DNA from: an uncultured Actinomycetes bacterium
Lineage (GTDB): Bacteria; Actinomycetota; Thermoleophilia; RBG-16-64-13
NCBI GenBank assembly: GCA_963841735.1
Contig: CAWJDT010000001.1
Coordinates: 1,664,001 to 1,728,000, forward strand
Direction of reading: 5' to 3'
Length of the DNA stretch: 64,000 bases
Below, one piece after another: positions 9,838-23,272 of the stretch. The stretch's first letter is position 1. Each line of letters opens with the position of its first letter. The notes beneath the pieces are model-generated. The model did not search any database. It was not told where the DNA came from and worked only from the letters and a program-made list of their open reading frames with translations. A program made the translations under genes and the position numbers.

Positions 9838-11857
9838 TGGAATCGCGAGGTGAGCCGCCCGTATCATTGACTCTTGCACTGGCCGGCCAGCCAAACGTGG
9901 GCAAGAGCACGGTGTTCAACGCGCTCACAGGCATGGATCAGCACGTGGGCAACTGGCCGGGCAAGACGGTGGAGAAGAAGACCGGCCACTTCATGCACGG
10001 GGAACGGCGGATGGAGATCGTCGACCTTCCCGGCACCTACAGCCTGACTTCGGGCTCTGAAGAGGAGCGGATCGCTCGCGACTACCTCCTCAACGACCCT
10101 CCCGACGTGGTCCTGGTGATGGTGAACGCATCGTCCCTGGAGCGCAACCTCTATCTGGTGGCCGAGCTGCTTATGCTGCCCGTTCCTCTGGTGTTGGGCC
10201 TCAACATGGTCGACGTGGCCGAGGCCCACGGAATGCGGGTGGAAGCCAAGGTGCTGGAGGCGGCTCTGGGAGTGCCCGTGGTGGAACTGGTGGCCAGCAA
10301 GCGAAAGGGCCTTCGCCGCCTGGTGAACGCTGCCAGCGAAGTGGTGGAGCGGCCCGAGCTGTTCAAGCCCAATCGCCCAGTGGTGAGGGAGAAGCACCGC
10401 CCGGTGTTGGCCTCGATCGAGGCCCTTTTGGCTGGGAATTCGCCGGTGGGATATCCCCCGGACTGGGTGGCGTTGAAGCTGCTGGAGGGCGATTCTGGAG
10501 TGGCCGCCCTGGTCAAGCGGGATGCTCCCCGAGGTGTGGGAGCCCATCCACAGCATCCTGGCCGATCATGATGACGCGTACGTGGACATAGCCGGGGGGC
10601 GTTACGACTGGATAGCGAGGATGGTGCGCGCGGCCGTAGTACGGCCGCGCGCCGGGGTCACCGCCATCACCGACCGGATCGACCGAGTGGCCACTCACCC
10701 CTTCTGGGGGCTGCTGGTACTGATCGCCGCGCTGGCGCTGCTGTTCTGGGTCACCTACGCAGTAGCCGGCCCCGCCTCGCGGGCTCTGGGGGGGCTGATA
10801 TCGGGGGGCTCTCCGATCTGCTGCGCGACGCGCTGGCCTGGGCTCCTCACTGGGTGTCGGGCCTGTTGGTGGACGGGGTGGTGGCCGGGGCGGGCACGGT
10901 GCTCTCGTTCATCCCCATCCTGGTGATCTTCTTCGCCGCGCTGGGCGTGCTTGAGGACGTAGGCTACATGGCCCGCACGGCCTACGTCATGGACCGCTAC
11001 ATGCACTGGATGGGTCTGCACGGCAAGTCGTGCATGCCCCTGCTGTTGGGATTTGGGTGCAACGTCCCCGCGGTGCTCGGAACGCGCATCATCGAGGACC
11101 GCAAGGCGCGGATGCTCACCATGCTGCTGACGCCCTTCGTCCCCTGCACCGGCCGGCTGGCAGTGCTGGCCTTTCTGGCTCCGGCCTTCTTTGGGGCGGC
11201 AGCGCCCTGGGCCGTGGTCGCCCTGGTGGGGGGCAATCTGGTGTTGCTGGGTCTGGTGGGGGTGGGGGTCAACCGGCTGGCCTTCAAAGGCGAGCGCAGC
11301 GCCTTCATCATGGAGATGCCGCTGTACCACGTGCCCAACGCCCGCACCATCGGTTTATACGTGTGGCGGAACACGCTGTCCTTCATCAAGAAGGCCGGTA
11401 CGCTAATCGTGATCGTGTCGGCGGTGATCTGGGTGCTGTCCAGCTATCCGGGGTCCGATCCTAGTGGGAGCGTCTTGGGTTCGGCAGGCCGTTTCCTGGA
11501 ACCGGTGGGGGCGCCTCATGGGTCTGGGCGACTGGCGCCTGATCGTTGCCCTTATCTGCCAGCTTCGTGGCCAAGGAGAACAGCGTGGCCGCCCTCGGTA
11601 TCCTGTTCGGCACAGGGGCCGTCGGGGTGACGGCCGGCGGCGCGGGTCTGGCAGCCAAGGTGGCGGCCGTACTCACCCCGGCGGGCGCGGCGGCCTTCTT
11701 GGTAGTCCAGATGACCTTTATCCCCTGCGTCGCCACCATGGCGGCCATCCGGCAGGAGTCGCGCTCGTGGCGATTCGTGGGCGCTTCTTTGGGTCTCATG
11801 CTGGTGGTGTCGTTCGTGCTCGGGCTGCTGGTGTACCAGGTGGGGTCGCTGCTGTAG
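9837..11857 (+). CDS. feoB: Ferrous iron transporter B (three frameshifts)
   Basis: G1 GQPNVGKS, VGNWPGKTVE, DLPGTYSL, NMVD; membrane part LEDVGYMAR, GFGCNVP, AKEN, PCVATMAAI spread over four consecutive ORFs. Confidence 0.93.
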
Positions 11858-11999
11858 GTATGGCTTGTCTGGGCACGCGGTCTCGCGGTGCAGCCGGCAG
11901 GCCAGGCGCGCGACAGTCCACGACAGGGAAGCGGCCAGATTTTGTATACTCCTTGGTATTCAATGATCCAGGCCGGGACCAGGCCTAGGGAGGCTCCAA

Positions 12000-12872
12000 A
12001 TGCAGATCTACATCGACGGCAGTTTCTACAGCGAAGAGGACGCGAAGATCAGCGTCTTCGACCATGGTCTTCTGTACGGCGACGGTGTGTTCGAGGGCAT
12101 CCGTGTTTACGGAGGCCGGGTATTCGAGCTCGACGCCCACATCAACCGGCTGTACGCCTCGGCGCAGACCATAGCGCTGGATATCCCTTTGTCGCCGGCT
12201 GAGATGACGGAAGCCCTGTTGGAGACTCTGCGGCGGAACGCGGACGCGGCATACGTGCGTTTGGTGGTCACGCGGGGCAAGGGTGACCTGGGGCTCAACC
12301 CCTGCAAGTGTCCCAAGGCCACGGTGTTCTGCATAGCAGCGGGAATCACTCTCTATCCGCGCGAGGTCTACGAGCAGGGCTTCAAGATCAAGACGCTGGC
12401 CACCCGGCGCAACGACCCGCAGGCCATCAACCCGGCTGTGAAGAGCCTCAACTATCTCAACAACGTGTTGGGCTCGCTCGAGCTGCGCGGCAGCGACGTC
12501 AACGAGGGCCTCTTTTTGACCACCACGGGCTATGTCTGTGAATGCACGGCCGACAACTTCTTCCTGGTTAGGGGGCACAAGCTGCTGACCCCCAGCACCG
12601 CTCTGGGAGCCCTCGCTGGTGTTACCCGCGCCGTGGTGATGAGGCTGGCCGCGAGCATGGGAATGGAGGTGGAAGAAGGCTTCTACACTCTGCATGACGT
12701 CTACAACGCCGACGAAGCCTTTCTCACCGGTACGGCGGCCGAGGTGGGCCCGGTGGTGGAGGTCGACCGGCGCAAGATCGGAGCGGGCGTGCCTGGGCCG
12801 GTGACCAAAGACATCATCGCCCGCTTCCATGAGTACGCCAACAGCACGGGTACCCCGGTGGGCGCGCGGTGA
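12000..12872 (+). CDS. ilvE: Branched-chain amino acid aminotransferase
   Basis: ISVFDHGLLYGDGVFEGIR, KSLNYLNN, FLTGTAAEV. Confidence 0.93.
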   Translation: MQIYIDGSFYSEEDAKISVFDHGLLYGDGVFEGIRVYGGRVFELDAHINRLYASAQTIALDIPLSPAEMTEALLETLRRNADAAYVRLVVTRGKGDLGLNPCKCPKATVFCIAAGITLYPREVYEQGFKIKTLATRRNDPQAINPAVKSLNYLNNVLGSLELRGSDVNEGLFLTTTGYVCECTADNFFLVRGHKLLTPSTALGALAGVTRAVVMRLAASMGMEVEEGFYTLHDVYNADEAFLTGTAAEVGPVVEVDRRKIGAGVPGPVTKDIIARFHEYANSTGTPVGAR

Positions 12873-14479
12873 CACGCGTGCGCCCAGTCGTCCTCTACGA
12901 CACCACGCTGCGTGACGGCATGCAGCGCGAGGGCATGAGCGTCTCGGTGGACGAGAAGGTGCGTATCGCCGTGCGGGTGGCCGATCTGGGGGTGCACATC
13001 ATCGAGGGCGGCTTTCCCGGTTCCAACCCCAAGGACGAGGCCTTCTTCCGCAAGTTGGAGAGGGAGGCGTTGGGCGATGCGGTGGTGGCGGCCTTCGGCA
13101 TGACTCGGGGCGCGGGCGTCGCGGCCGAGGCCGATGCGCAACTGCGCGCCCTGGCCGGCTGCTGGGCTCCGGTAGCGGCTTTGGTGGGTAAGACCTGGGA
13201 CCTGCACCTGCAGAAGGTGCTGCGGGTCGACCGCGAAGAGAACCTGCGCATGATCGCCGATTCGGTGGCGTTCTTACGCGCCCAAGACAAGCGCGTGTAC
13301 TACGACGCCGAGCACTTCTTCGACGCTTGGGCCGCCCACCCCGACTATGCGCTCGCCTGTCTGCGAACGGCCGCCGATGCGGGCGCCGAGGCTGTGTGCC
13401 TGTGCGACACAAACGGCGCGGCTCTGCCGGTGCTTGTGGCCGAGGCTGTCGCCGCCGCGGTGGCTGCCGTGGATGGAGGCTGCCGTGTAGGCATCCACGC
13501 TCATAACGACGCCGGCTGCGCGGTGGCCAACTCGGTGGTGGCAGTGGAGAGCGGCGCCGACGTGGTGCAGGGCACCATCAACGGTTACGGCGAGCGCTGC
13601 GGCAATGCCGACCTTTGTTCCATCATCCCCAACCTGGTGCTCAAGATGGGGGTCGATTGTGTGGCGCCGTCCGATCTGGCCAAGCTCACCGACACCGCCC
13701 GTTTCGTGGCCGAACTGTGCAACGTCTCGCCCGACGCGCATCAGCCCTACGTGGGGCACAACGCCTTCGCCCACAAGGGGGGCATGCACGTATCGGCGGT
13801 TGAGCGGGATTCCCGCACTTTCGAGCATGTCGACCCGGCGTTGGTGGGCAACACCCCGCATGTCTTGGTGTCGGAGCTGTCGGGCAGGGCTACCGTGACT
13901 CAATTGGCCCGGGAGTTGGGCTACCCCTTGGACGAAGAGAAGGAACTGGCCGACCGCGTGCTCAAGCGGATCAAGGAGCGGGAACACGAGGGTTACCACT
14001 ACGAAGCGGCCGACGCCTCGTTCGAGTTGTTGCTGCGGGCGGAGTTGGGCCTCAAGGTGGAGTTGTTCCATCTGGAAGCGTTCCGCATCATCGTGGAGAA
14101 GCGCGAAGATGGCGAGATCGTCAGCGAAGCCACCATCAAGGTGCACGTGGGCGACGAGCGTTTCGTCGAGACGGCCGAGGGCAACGGTCCGGTGAACGCG
14201 TTGGACAAGGCTCTGCGCCGTTCCATAGAGCGCCGCTTTCCGGAAGTGCACGACATCCACCTCATCAACTACAGCGTCCGCATCCTGGACGAGGACAAGG
14301 GCACCGCGGCCAAGACCAGGGTGCTCATCGACTCGTCCGACGGACGCGACAACTGGGGGAGTGTCGGGGTGGGAGTGAATGTGGTGGAGGCCTCCTGGTT
14401 GGCCTTGGTGGACTCCATCTCATACGGACTGTTGCGTAGAGAGTCAAGAGCGGCGACGAGAGCGGTGGAGGATAAATGA
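12869..14479 (+). CDS. cimA: Citramalate synthase (LeuA family)
   Basis: YDTTLRDG, GKTWDLH, DAEHFFD, HAHND, GERCGNA, FAHKGGMHVSAV; C-terminal regulatory domain GNGPVNALD. Confidence 0.85.
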   Translation: MTRVRPVVLYDTTLRDGMQREGMSVSVDEKVRIAVRVADLGVHIIEGGFPGSNPKDEAFFRKLEREALGDAVVAAFGMTRGAGVAAEADAQLRALAGCWAPVAALVGKTWDLHLQKVLRVDREENLRMIADSVAFLRAQDKRVYYDAEHFFDAWAAHPDYALACLRTAADAGAEAVCLCDTNGAALPVLVAEAVAAAVAAVDGGCRVGIHAHNDAGCAVANSVVAVESGADVVQGTINGYGERCGNADLCSIIPNLVLKMGVDCVAPSDLAKLTDTARFVAELCNVSPDAHQPYVGHNAFAHKGGMHVSAVERDSRTFEHVDPALVGNTPHVLVSELSGRATVTQLARELGYPLDEEKELADRVLKRIKEREHEGYHYEAADASFELLLRAELGLKVELFHLEAFRIIVEKREDGEIVSEATIKVHVGDERFVETAEGNGPVNALDKALRRSIERRFPEVHDIHLINYSVRILDEDKGTAAKTRVLIDSSDGRDNWGSVGVGVNVVEASWLALVDSISYGLLRRESRAATRAVEDK

Positions 14480-15258
14480 AGCTGGCGCGCATCGAATATC
14501 GCGGCGTGGTGTGTGAGGCCACCGTCACCTGCAACGGCTACCTTATCGATTCCCCGCTGGACATGGCAGGCACCGAAGTGGGCGAAGACGAGGTCAGACT
14601 GTTGCCCCCGGTGGCTCCGGGCAAGATCCTGGGAGTGGGGTTCAACTTCCGCGAGCACATCATGGAGATGGTGGCCCGCGCGGGGCGCGAGCCCGTGGTC
14701 AAGCCCGCCGACGAGCAGCCGCGGCCGCTGCTGTTCCTCAAGCCGCCGTCGACCTTGATCGGTCACAGAGACACCATCCTGTATCCCTTCGACGCCACCA
14801 GAGTGGAGTACGAAGGCGAGTTGGCGGTGGCCATCTCCCGCGACATCCGCCGGGTGACGCCGGAAGAAGCGGCGGGCGCTGTGCTGGGTTGGACCTGCGC
14901 CAACGACGTCACCGAGCGCGCTCAGCAGGCGGAGGACAGGCAGTGGTGGCGGGCTAAGGGCTACGACACCTTCGCGGTGGCCGGGCCCTATCTGGAGACT
15001 GAGGCTCCGAAGCAGGAGGCTTGGCTTCGCACCAAGGTGAACGGCCAGGTGAAGCAGGAGGCCCAGATCCTGGACATGATCCGCGACCCCTACACCATCA
15101 TCTCCATAGCCAGCCAGGCCATGACCCTCAACCGGGGCGACCTCATCATGCTGGGGACTCCGTCGGGAGTGGGTGAGCTCAAGCCCGGCGACGAGGTGGA
15201 GGTGGAGATCGACGGCGTGGGCTTTCTCAGGAACCCGGTGGAGATGGAGCCGCAATGA
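14476..15258 (+). CDS. Fumarylacetoacetate hydrolase family protein
   Basis: FLKPPST, YEGELAV, NDVTER, AKGYDTF, GTPSGVG. Confidence 0.92.
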   Translation: MKLARIEYRGVVCEATVTCNGYLIDSPLDMAGTEVGEDEVRLLPPVAPGKILGVGFNFREHIMEMVARAGREPVVKPADEQPRPLLFLKPPSTLIGHRDTILYPFDATRVEYEGELAVAISRDIRRVTPEEAAGAVLGWTCANDVTERAQQAEDRQWWRAKGYDTFAVAGPYLETEAPKQEAWLRTKVNGQVKQEAQILDMIRDPYTIISIASQAMTLNRGDLIMLGTPSGVGELKPGDEVEVEIDGVGFLRNPVEMEPQ

Positions 15259-15905
15259 GCGAGGAGAGGGAGGCTACGGCCGCGCCGGTCGTGGACGCCG
15301 AGGCTACGGTAGACGCCGCGGCCGTCGCCGGAGCCAGAAGCCTTCCGACCGCCGGCGATCCCCGCTTGGAGTCGCTATCGGCGCTGGAAGTGGCGGTGGC
15401 GCTTGATATGCAGCCTCATAGGGAGGGCGGCTACTTCCGCGAGACCTATCGCTCACATCTCACCATCGAGACGGAGGTGGGCAGCAGGCCTCTGATGACC
15501 ACCATCCTCTATCTGCTCACCGCGATCGAGCCCAGCCGGTTCCACCGCATAAGTTTCGACGAGCTGTGGCTGTACCACGCCGGTGCTCCGGCCGAGCTGG
15601 TGGTGCTGGGGGGGGGCGCCCCGGAGTATCACGCCGTTTGTTTGAACTCTCCCCAGGTGACCATCCCGGCGAACCGCTGGATGGGTGGCCGGGTGATGCC
15701 CGAGAGCGAGGCCGACTGGGGCGGCGGAAGAGCCCCCGAGCGTCGCTGGACCCCCGACCGCCGCGCCACCCGCGAGCTGCGCTGGACTTTGGTGAGCTGT
15801 CTGGTGGCGCCGGGCTTTGAATACGAAGACTTCGAGCTGGGGGAGCGCGAAGCGCTGCTCAACGAGTTTCCGCGGGCGAAGAACGCGATCTTGGCCCTCA
15901 CCTAG
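15255..15905 (+). CDS. Cupin (DUF985/cupin_5) family protein
   Basis: HREGGYFRETY, TILYLL, FHRI..DELWLYH, LVSCLVAPGFEYEDF. Confidence 0.88.
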   Translation: MSEEREATAAPVVDAEATVDAAAVAGARSLPTAGDPRLESLSALEVAVALDMQPHREGGYFRETYRSHLTIETEVGSRPLMTTILYLLTAIEPSRFHRISFDELWLYHAGAPAELVVLGGGAPEYHAVCLNSPQVTIPANRWMGGRVMPESEADWGGGRAPERRWTPDRRATRELRWTLVSCLVAPGFEYEDFELGEREALLNEFPRAKNAILALT

Positions 15906-16002
15906 GGCCCCGGCGACCAGAGGGCTCACCGCTTCGAAAACGCTCTTTGCACGGGGTACCGTGTCGCGATACTCCGCGGCGAGCCCTCTGGCCGCCGGGG
16001 CC
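15906..16002 (-). repeat. Long hairpin element, copy A (27-bp arms)
   Basis: Arms 15906-15932 and 15976-16002 are reverse complements with 2 mismatches that become G-U pairs on the minus strand; inner hairpin CACGG-TACC-CCGTG. Confidence 0.75.
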
Positions 16003-16116
16003 GACGCGGGGTCTTGCTCGCGTTCTTCGCCGCTCATGGAGCTGTGTGGGCCTATATAGGAGGGGCGATCAAGAGTCGACGCCGGCGATCTATCCCTGCG
16101 CCATCCGTGCTAGGAA

Positions 16117-16398
16117 TTATGAGCGCAGGACCGCTTCTGCAAGCGTTGCATCCAGCGGCATGAGCATGGAGGCGGGTAGAAGCCGAACGCGGTCCAACAC
16201 TCGGTCTATCGTGCCCCTTTCATGTCCACGGCGGCCCAGAGCGCCCGCGAGTGCCAACATGATGAGCGTGGGCAGGACCGGCGGCACCCCTTTCCCGCCG
16301 AGAAGCAGCAGAGCCTCATCGCATTCCTCGTGGCCGGACTCCTCTGGGGCCGCGGATCCTATGAGAACGCTGACATCGAGCGTCACCGGACCAAGCAT
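16117..16398 (-). pseudogene. Truncated PIN-domain (VapC-like) toxin remnant
   Basis: VTLDVSVLI...EESGHEEC...PTLIML; stops before the C-terminal acidic PIN residues. Confidence 0.5.
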
Positions 16399-16486
16399 GT
16401 CAATATCGCCCCAACCAGCGCATGGTCTCCTCGGTCGACTCCGTAGACGGAGCTGTGCGTCCTGCTTCATGAAGCAGGGCCACCAA

Positions 16487-16610
16487 CTACTTCCACGCGG
16501 TGGCGGGGTCCTCTGGGCCGGTTGCGGCAGCGCGCGAGCAGGGAACGAGCAGCGCCATCGGCTCGCCTCGGTTGGTGATCGTGTAGCGCGCTATCGGTCG
16601 CCCGTCCATC
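16487..16610 (-). pseudogene. Phd/YefM antitoxin fragment
   Basis: YTITNRGEPMALLVP resembles the Phd signature and lies just upstream of the PIN remnant; no recognisable Phd N-terminus. Confidence 0.5.
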
Positions 16611-16820
16611 CGCCCAAGACTGTAGGATGAAGGGCGGTACAAGTGGCGTCTCGGATTCGAGGTGGGGTAGCGGATGAGTGGGCTAGAGTCTGTTCCGTCT
16701 GACGCGTTGGCGCCCAAGTGCGGACGGTCGGCCGGCAGCGGCGCCGGCCAACCCGCCTCCTCACGTCTCCGACTGGGGCGGCGTGAGCAGGGCTGAGCTG
16801 ACAAGGCAGGAGGGTCGGGA

Positions 16821-17603
16821 GTGACTAGTGACGACATCAGTGCTAGGCGCATGAGCCCTGACAGGGTCGAACTTGAATGGGTCTACCAACCGGGCGACTT
16901 CTTCGAGGGCGCCTACGAGCGCAGCAGCCCGGACTTTCAAGTGTCGGTGAAAGACGGTCGTGCTGTCGCTGTGTTGACCACTCCTGATGAGCCGGTCGCT
17001 CCCGCATTGCAGCAACAGATCGGCGACTGCATGGCGGGCATCTTCTTGGTCCGCCAGATGCAGACGCATCGGGAGAGCCACTTGGGTCTGCCGGCGATAC
17101 ATGTTCACCGCGGCAGCAGAATCACCACCAGCAAGAGTTTTGCGATTGACGGGATTGTTGCCGAGGTGATCCCGGCGGATGCCATCACGACTGATGCCGA
17201 CGGCAACATGCACGACGCTCGGGCTGAGCGCATCGCCCAAGACTCTGCGACGCTCGATTTGTTTGCCACGAAGTTCTCGCGGGGTTCGGTTCTGCGCAGA
17301 ATGTTAGAAAGCTATTCCCGTGCAGTCGCGTACCCGGCCGACGAGTGGATCTACTTGTACGAGATCCGCGACGCCCTGGCGACCCACTACACCAGCCACA
17401 GAAAGGCTCGTGCCGCGCTGGGCATAACCCTGGCTGAATGGGATCGAGTAGGCGTTCTCACGAACGTCGAGCCGATTCTCCAGGGGCGCCATCATGGACA
17501 CCAAGGAAATCTGCGGCCGGCCACGCAAGAAGAACTGGCCGAAGTACGCGGGGCTGTTCGCCGCTGGATTGAGACCTTCGCAGAGGAAGTGCGACCGGAC
17601 TGA
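16821..17603 (+). CDS. Hypothetical protein, possibly HEPN-like
   Basis: 260 aa, RBS GGAGGG, less biased codon usage than neighbours; helical C-terminal half with LYEIRDAL...QGRHHGH. Confidence 0.65.
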   Translation: MTSDDISARRMSPDRVELEWVYQPGDFFEGAYERSSPDFQVSVKDGRAVAVLTTPDEPVAPALQQQIGDCMAGIFLVRQMQTHRESHLGLPAIHVHRGSRITTSKSFAIDGIVAEVIPADAITTDADGNMHDARAERIAQDSATLDLFATKFSRGSVLRRMLESYSRAVAYPADEWIYLYEIRDALATHYTSHRKARAALGITLAEWDRVGVLTNVEPILQGRHHGHQGNLRPATQEELAEVRGAVRRWIETFAEEVRPD

Positions 17604-17795
17604 GACAGGGTGCGAGACGGCCGCGCTGGAGAGTCACCGAACTCTAGCCGGCGCCACCTTCGGCGCGTACGCCCTAGGAGCGAAGCGACGCGAGGGTAAG
17701 GCGTTTGAATTGATCATAGGGGGGAGGGTCGAGCGAAAGCGAAGACCAGAAGTAAAGACCAGAATGGTAGTCCGACGGGAACCAAAGACATGTGG

Positions 17796-17890
17796 GCGGA
17801 TTAGCGTGGGGTTCCGTCCCCGAGCATTGGGCCCCCGGTACTCCGGGCAGAGGCATTGAGCGAGGGGGCGGAGCCCCACGCTAATCCCGC
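17796..17890 (+). repeat. Long hairpin element, copy B
   Basis: GGATTAGCGTGGGGTTCCGTCCC pairs with GGGGCGGAGCCCCACGCTAATCC (2 G-U); inner hairpin CCCGG-TACT-CCGGG; the interior resembles copy A. Confidence 0.75.
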
Positions 17891-17929
17891 TAGCAGCGGA
17901 AATCGTTCGCCCACAGCCAATCACGCCGC

Positions 17930-17958
17930 TTGAGGCCCCCCGCCCCTTCGAGTAGAAT
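17930..17958 (+). promoter_or_regulatory. Sigma70-type promoter of dnaE
   Basis: TTGAGG-N17-TAGAAT. Confidence 0.55.
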
Positions 17959-18018
17959 CAAACCTTAGTAGGAACCCTCAATAGGGCATAAAGTAGGGCA
18001 TCTTTTCCGACGCCTTCG

Positions 18019-21639
<3,621 letters not shown>

Positions 21640-21642
21640 CCT

Positions 21643-22968
21643 GTGAGGATCACGGCTATCAGCATGGCTTCGTTGGCTGTCGAGGTCGAGGCGCTCCGTC
21701 CGCCCGCGGCGGCGGAGCGCGCCGTGGCCGAGGTGGTGGCGGCCCTGCTGGCGGATGTGCGTGTCCGAGGCGATGCCGCCTTGGTGGAGGCGACGGCTCG
21801 CTTCGATTGGCCCGAGGCCGACGTGGCCACGTTGACCGTGTCGACAGAGGAGCTCGAGGCCGCCTATAAGGAGATCACTCCTGCGCTTCTGGCCGCGCTG
21901 GAGACCGCGCGCGACAACAGCACCTTCTTCCACCGTCACGAGCTGCGGCTCGACTGGGAGGCGACCGGACCGCAGGGGCAGAGGCTGGGCATACGCTACC
22001 TGCCGGTGGCTCGGGCCGGGCTGTACGTGCCCGGAGGCTTGGGTGCCTATGCCTCCACGGTCATCATGAACGCCGTCCCGGCCCTGGTAGCGGGGGTGAC
22101 GGAGCTGATCATCTGCACGCCCCCGGGGCGCGACGGGAAGGTCAATCCTTCGGTTCTCGCGGCCGCTCGTCTCATGGGCATCGACAGGGTGTTCCGCGTG
22201 GGCGGGGCGCAGGCGGTGGCCGCCATGGCCTACGGCACCGAGACCATCCCCCAGGTGGACGTCATCTGTGGCCCGGGCAATGCCTATGTCATGGAGGCCA
22301 AGCGGCAGGTGTTCGGGGCGGTGGGCATAGACAACTTGGCCGGTCCCAGCGAGGTGATCGTGGTGGCCGACCGCACCGCCCGGCCCGAGTGGGTGGCGGC
22401 CGACCTGTTGGCCCAAGAGGAGCATGGTAGTGGAGCTTCTGCTCTGCTGGTGGCTGAGAGCGAGGTGCTGTGTCGCGAGGTGGACCAAGCTTTGGAGGGG
22501 CTCCGCGGCGACGCTGGTCGGGCGACGCCGCCGGGCGCAGCGTCGCGGCTCACAGCCTTCTACCCGTTGGCGGGCCATGACTTTCTGGAGCTGGCGGCCG
22601 CGGTGGTCGATACCTATGCGCCGGAACACTTGGAGATCCAGGTGGCCGACGCCCGCGGCTTCCTGGACCGCATCCGGTCGGCGGGCGCGGCCTTTATAGG
22701 GCCGCTTACCCCTACGGCCTTCGGCGACTACGTAGCGGGCAGTAATCATGTGCTTCCCACCGGTGGTTCGGCCCGGTTCGCCTCGGGATTGTCCGTTGAC
22801 ACCTTCATGCGCCGGTCGTCTCACGTGGAGATCACAGAAGCCGCGGCGTGGCTTCTGACTCCGCATTTAGCGGCGCTGGCCGATAGTGAGGGTTTCACTT
22901 TCCACCGAGTGTCGGCGGAGGTCCGTGTGCCGCCGGGCGAAGAAGGCCTTGGAGGTCTCGTTTCCTAG
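21643..22968 (+). CDS. hisD: Histidinol dehydrogenase
   Basis: GLYVPGG, GGAQAVAA, GPGNAYV, AGPSE, QEEH, APEHLE, GDYVAGSNHVLPT. Confidence 0.96.
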   Translation: MRITAISMASLAVEVEALRPPAAAERAVAEVVAALLADVRVRGDAALVEATARFDWPEADVATLTVSTEELEAAYKEITPALLAALETARDNSTFFHRHELRLDWEATGPQGQRLGIRYLPVARAGLYVPGGLGAYASTVIMNAVPALVAGVTELIICTPPGRDGKVNPSVLAAARLMGIDRVFRVGGAQAVAAMAYGTETIPQVDVICGPGNAYVMEAKRQVFGAVGIDNLAGPSEVIVVADRTARPEWVAADLLAQEEHGSGASALLVAESEVLCREVDQALEGLRGDAGRATPPGAASRLTAFYPLAGHDFLELAAAVVDTYAPEHLEIQVADARGFLDRIRSAGAAFIGPLTPTAFGDYVAGSNHVLPTGGSARFASGLSVDTFMRRSSHVEITEAAAWLLTPHLAALADSEGFTFHRVSAEVRVPPGEEGLGGLVS

Positions 22969-23272
22969 CCGGCGACCCTTTACAGCTCGGCGCCGGCCGG
23001 CGGTCTTCCAGGCCGCGTCGTAGCCCACCAAGATTCCGACAGCGGCGGCGAATCGGCGTCTCGTCATGCTGGTTCTTTGACTCCCAGTGGTTCTCGCGGG
23101 AGCGGGCCCATGCGGATTCTCCCCGGGGTTCGTCTAACTCGCGATATCTACAAGACGGACGGGTGTCAAGAAGATGGGTGACTGAAGACGGCCGGCCTCG
23201 AAGTCTGACCAAGTAGCGAACACAGTCGCTATGCTATGCTCGACGCCCGAACACCGTTCCCTGGAGGAGACA

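Noticed and set aside
16697-16790. attC-like imperfect palindrome before the orphan gene
   Set aside because: The core AAC/GTT boxes are not intact and there is no integrase or second site.
17668-17705. REP-like fragment CCCTAGGAGCGAAGCGACGCGAGGG
   Set aside because: Single, short and degenerate; it cannot be supported without other copies.
22969-23272. His T-box or attenuator leader before hisB
   Set aside because: No T-box consensus or His-codon leader peptide, and the hisB promoter lies downstream of the structured part.
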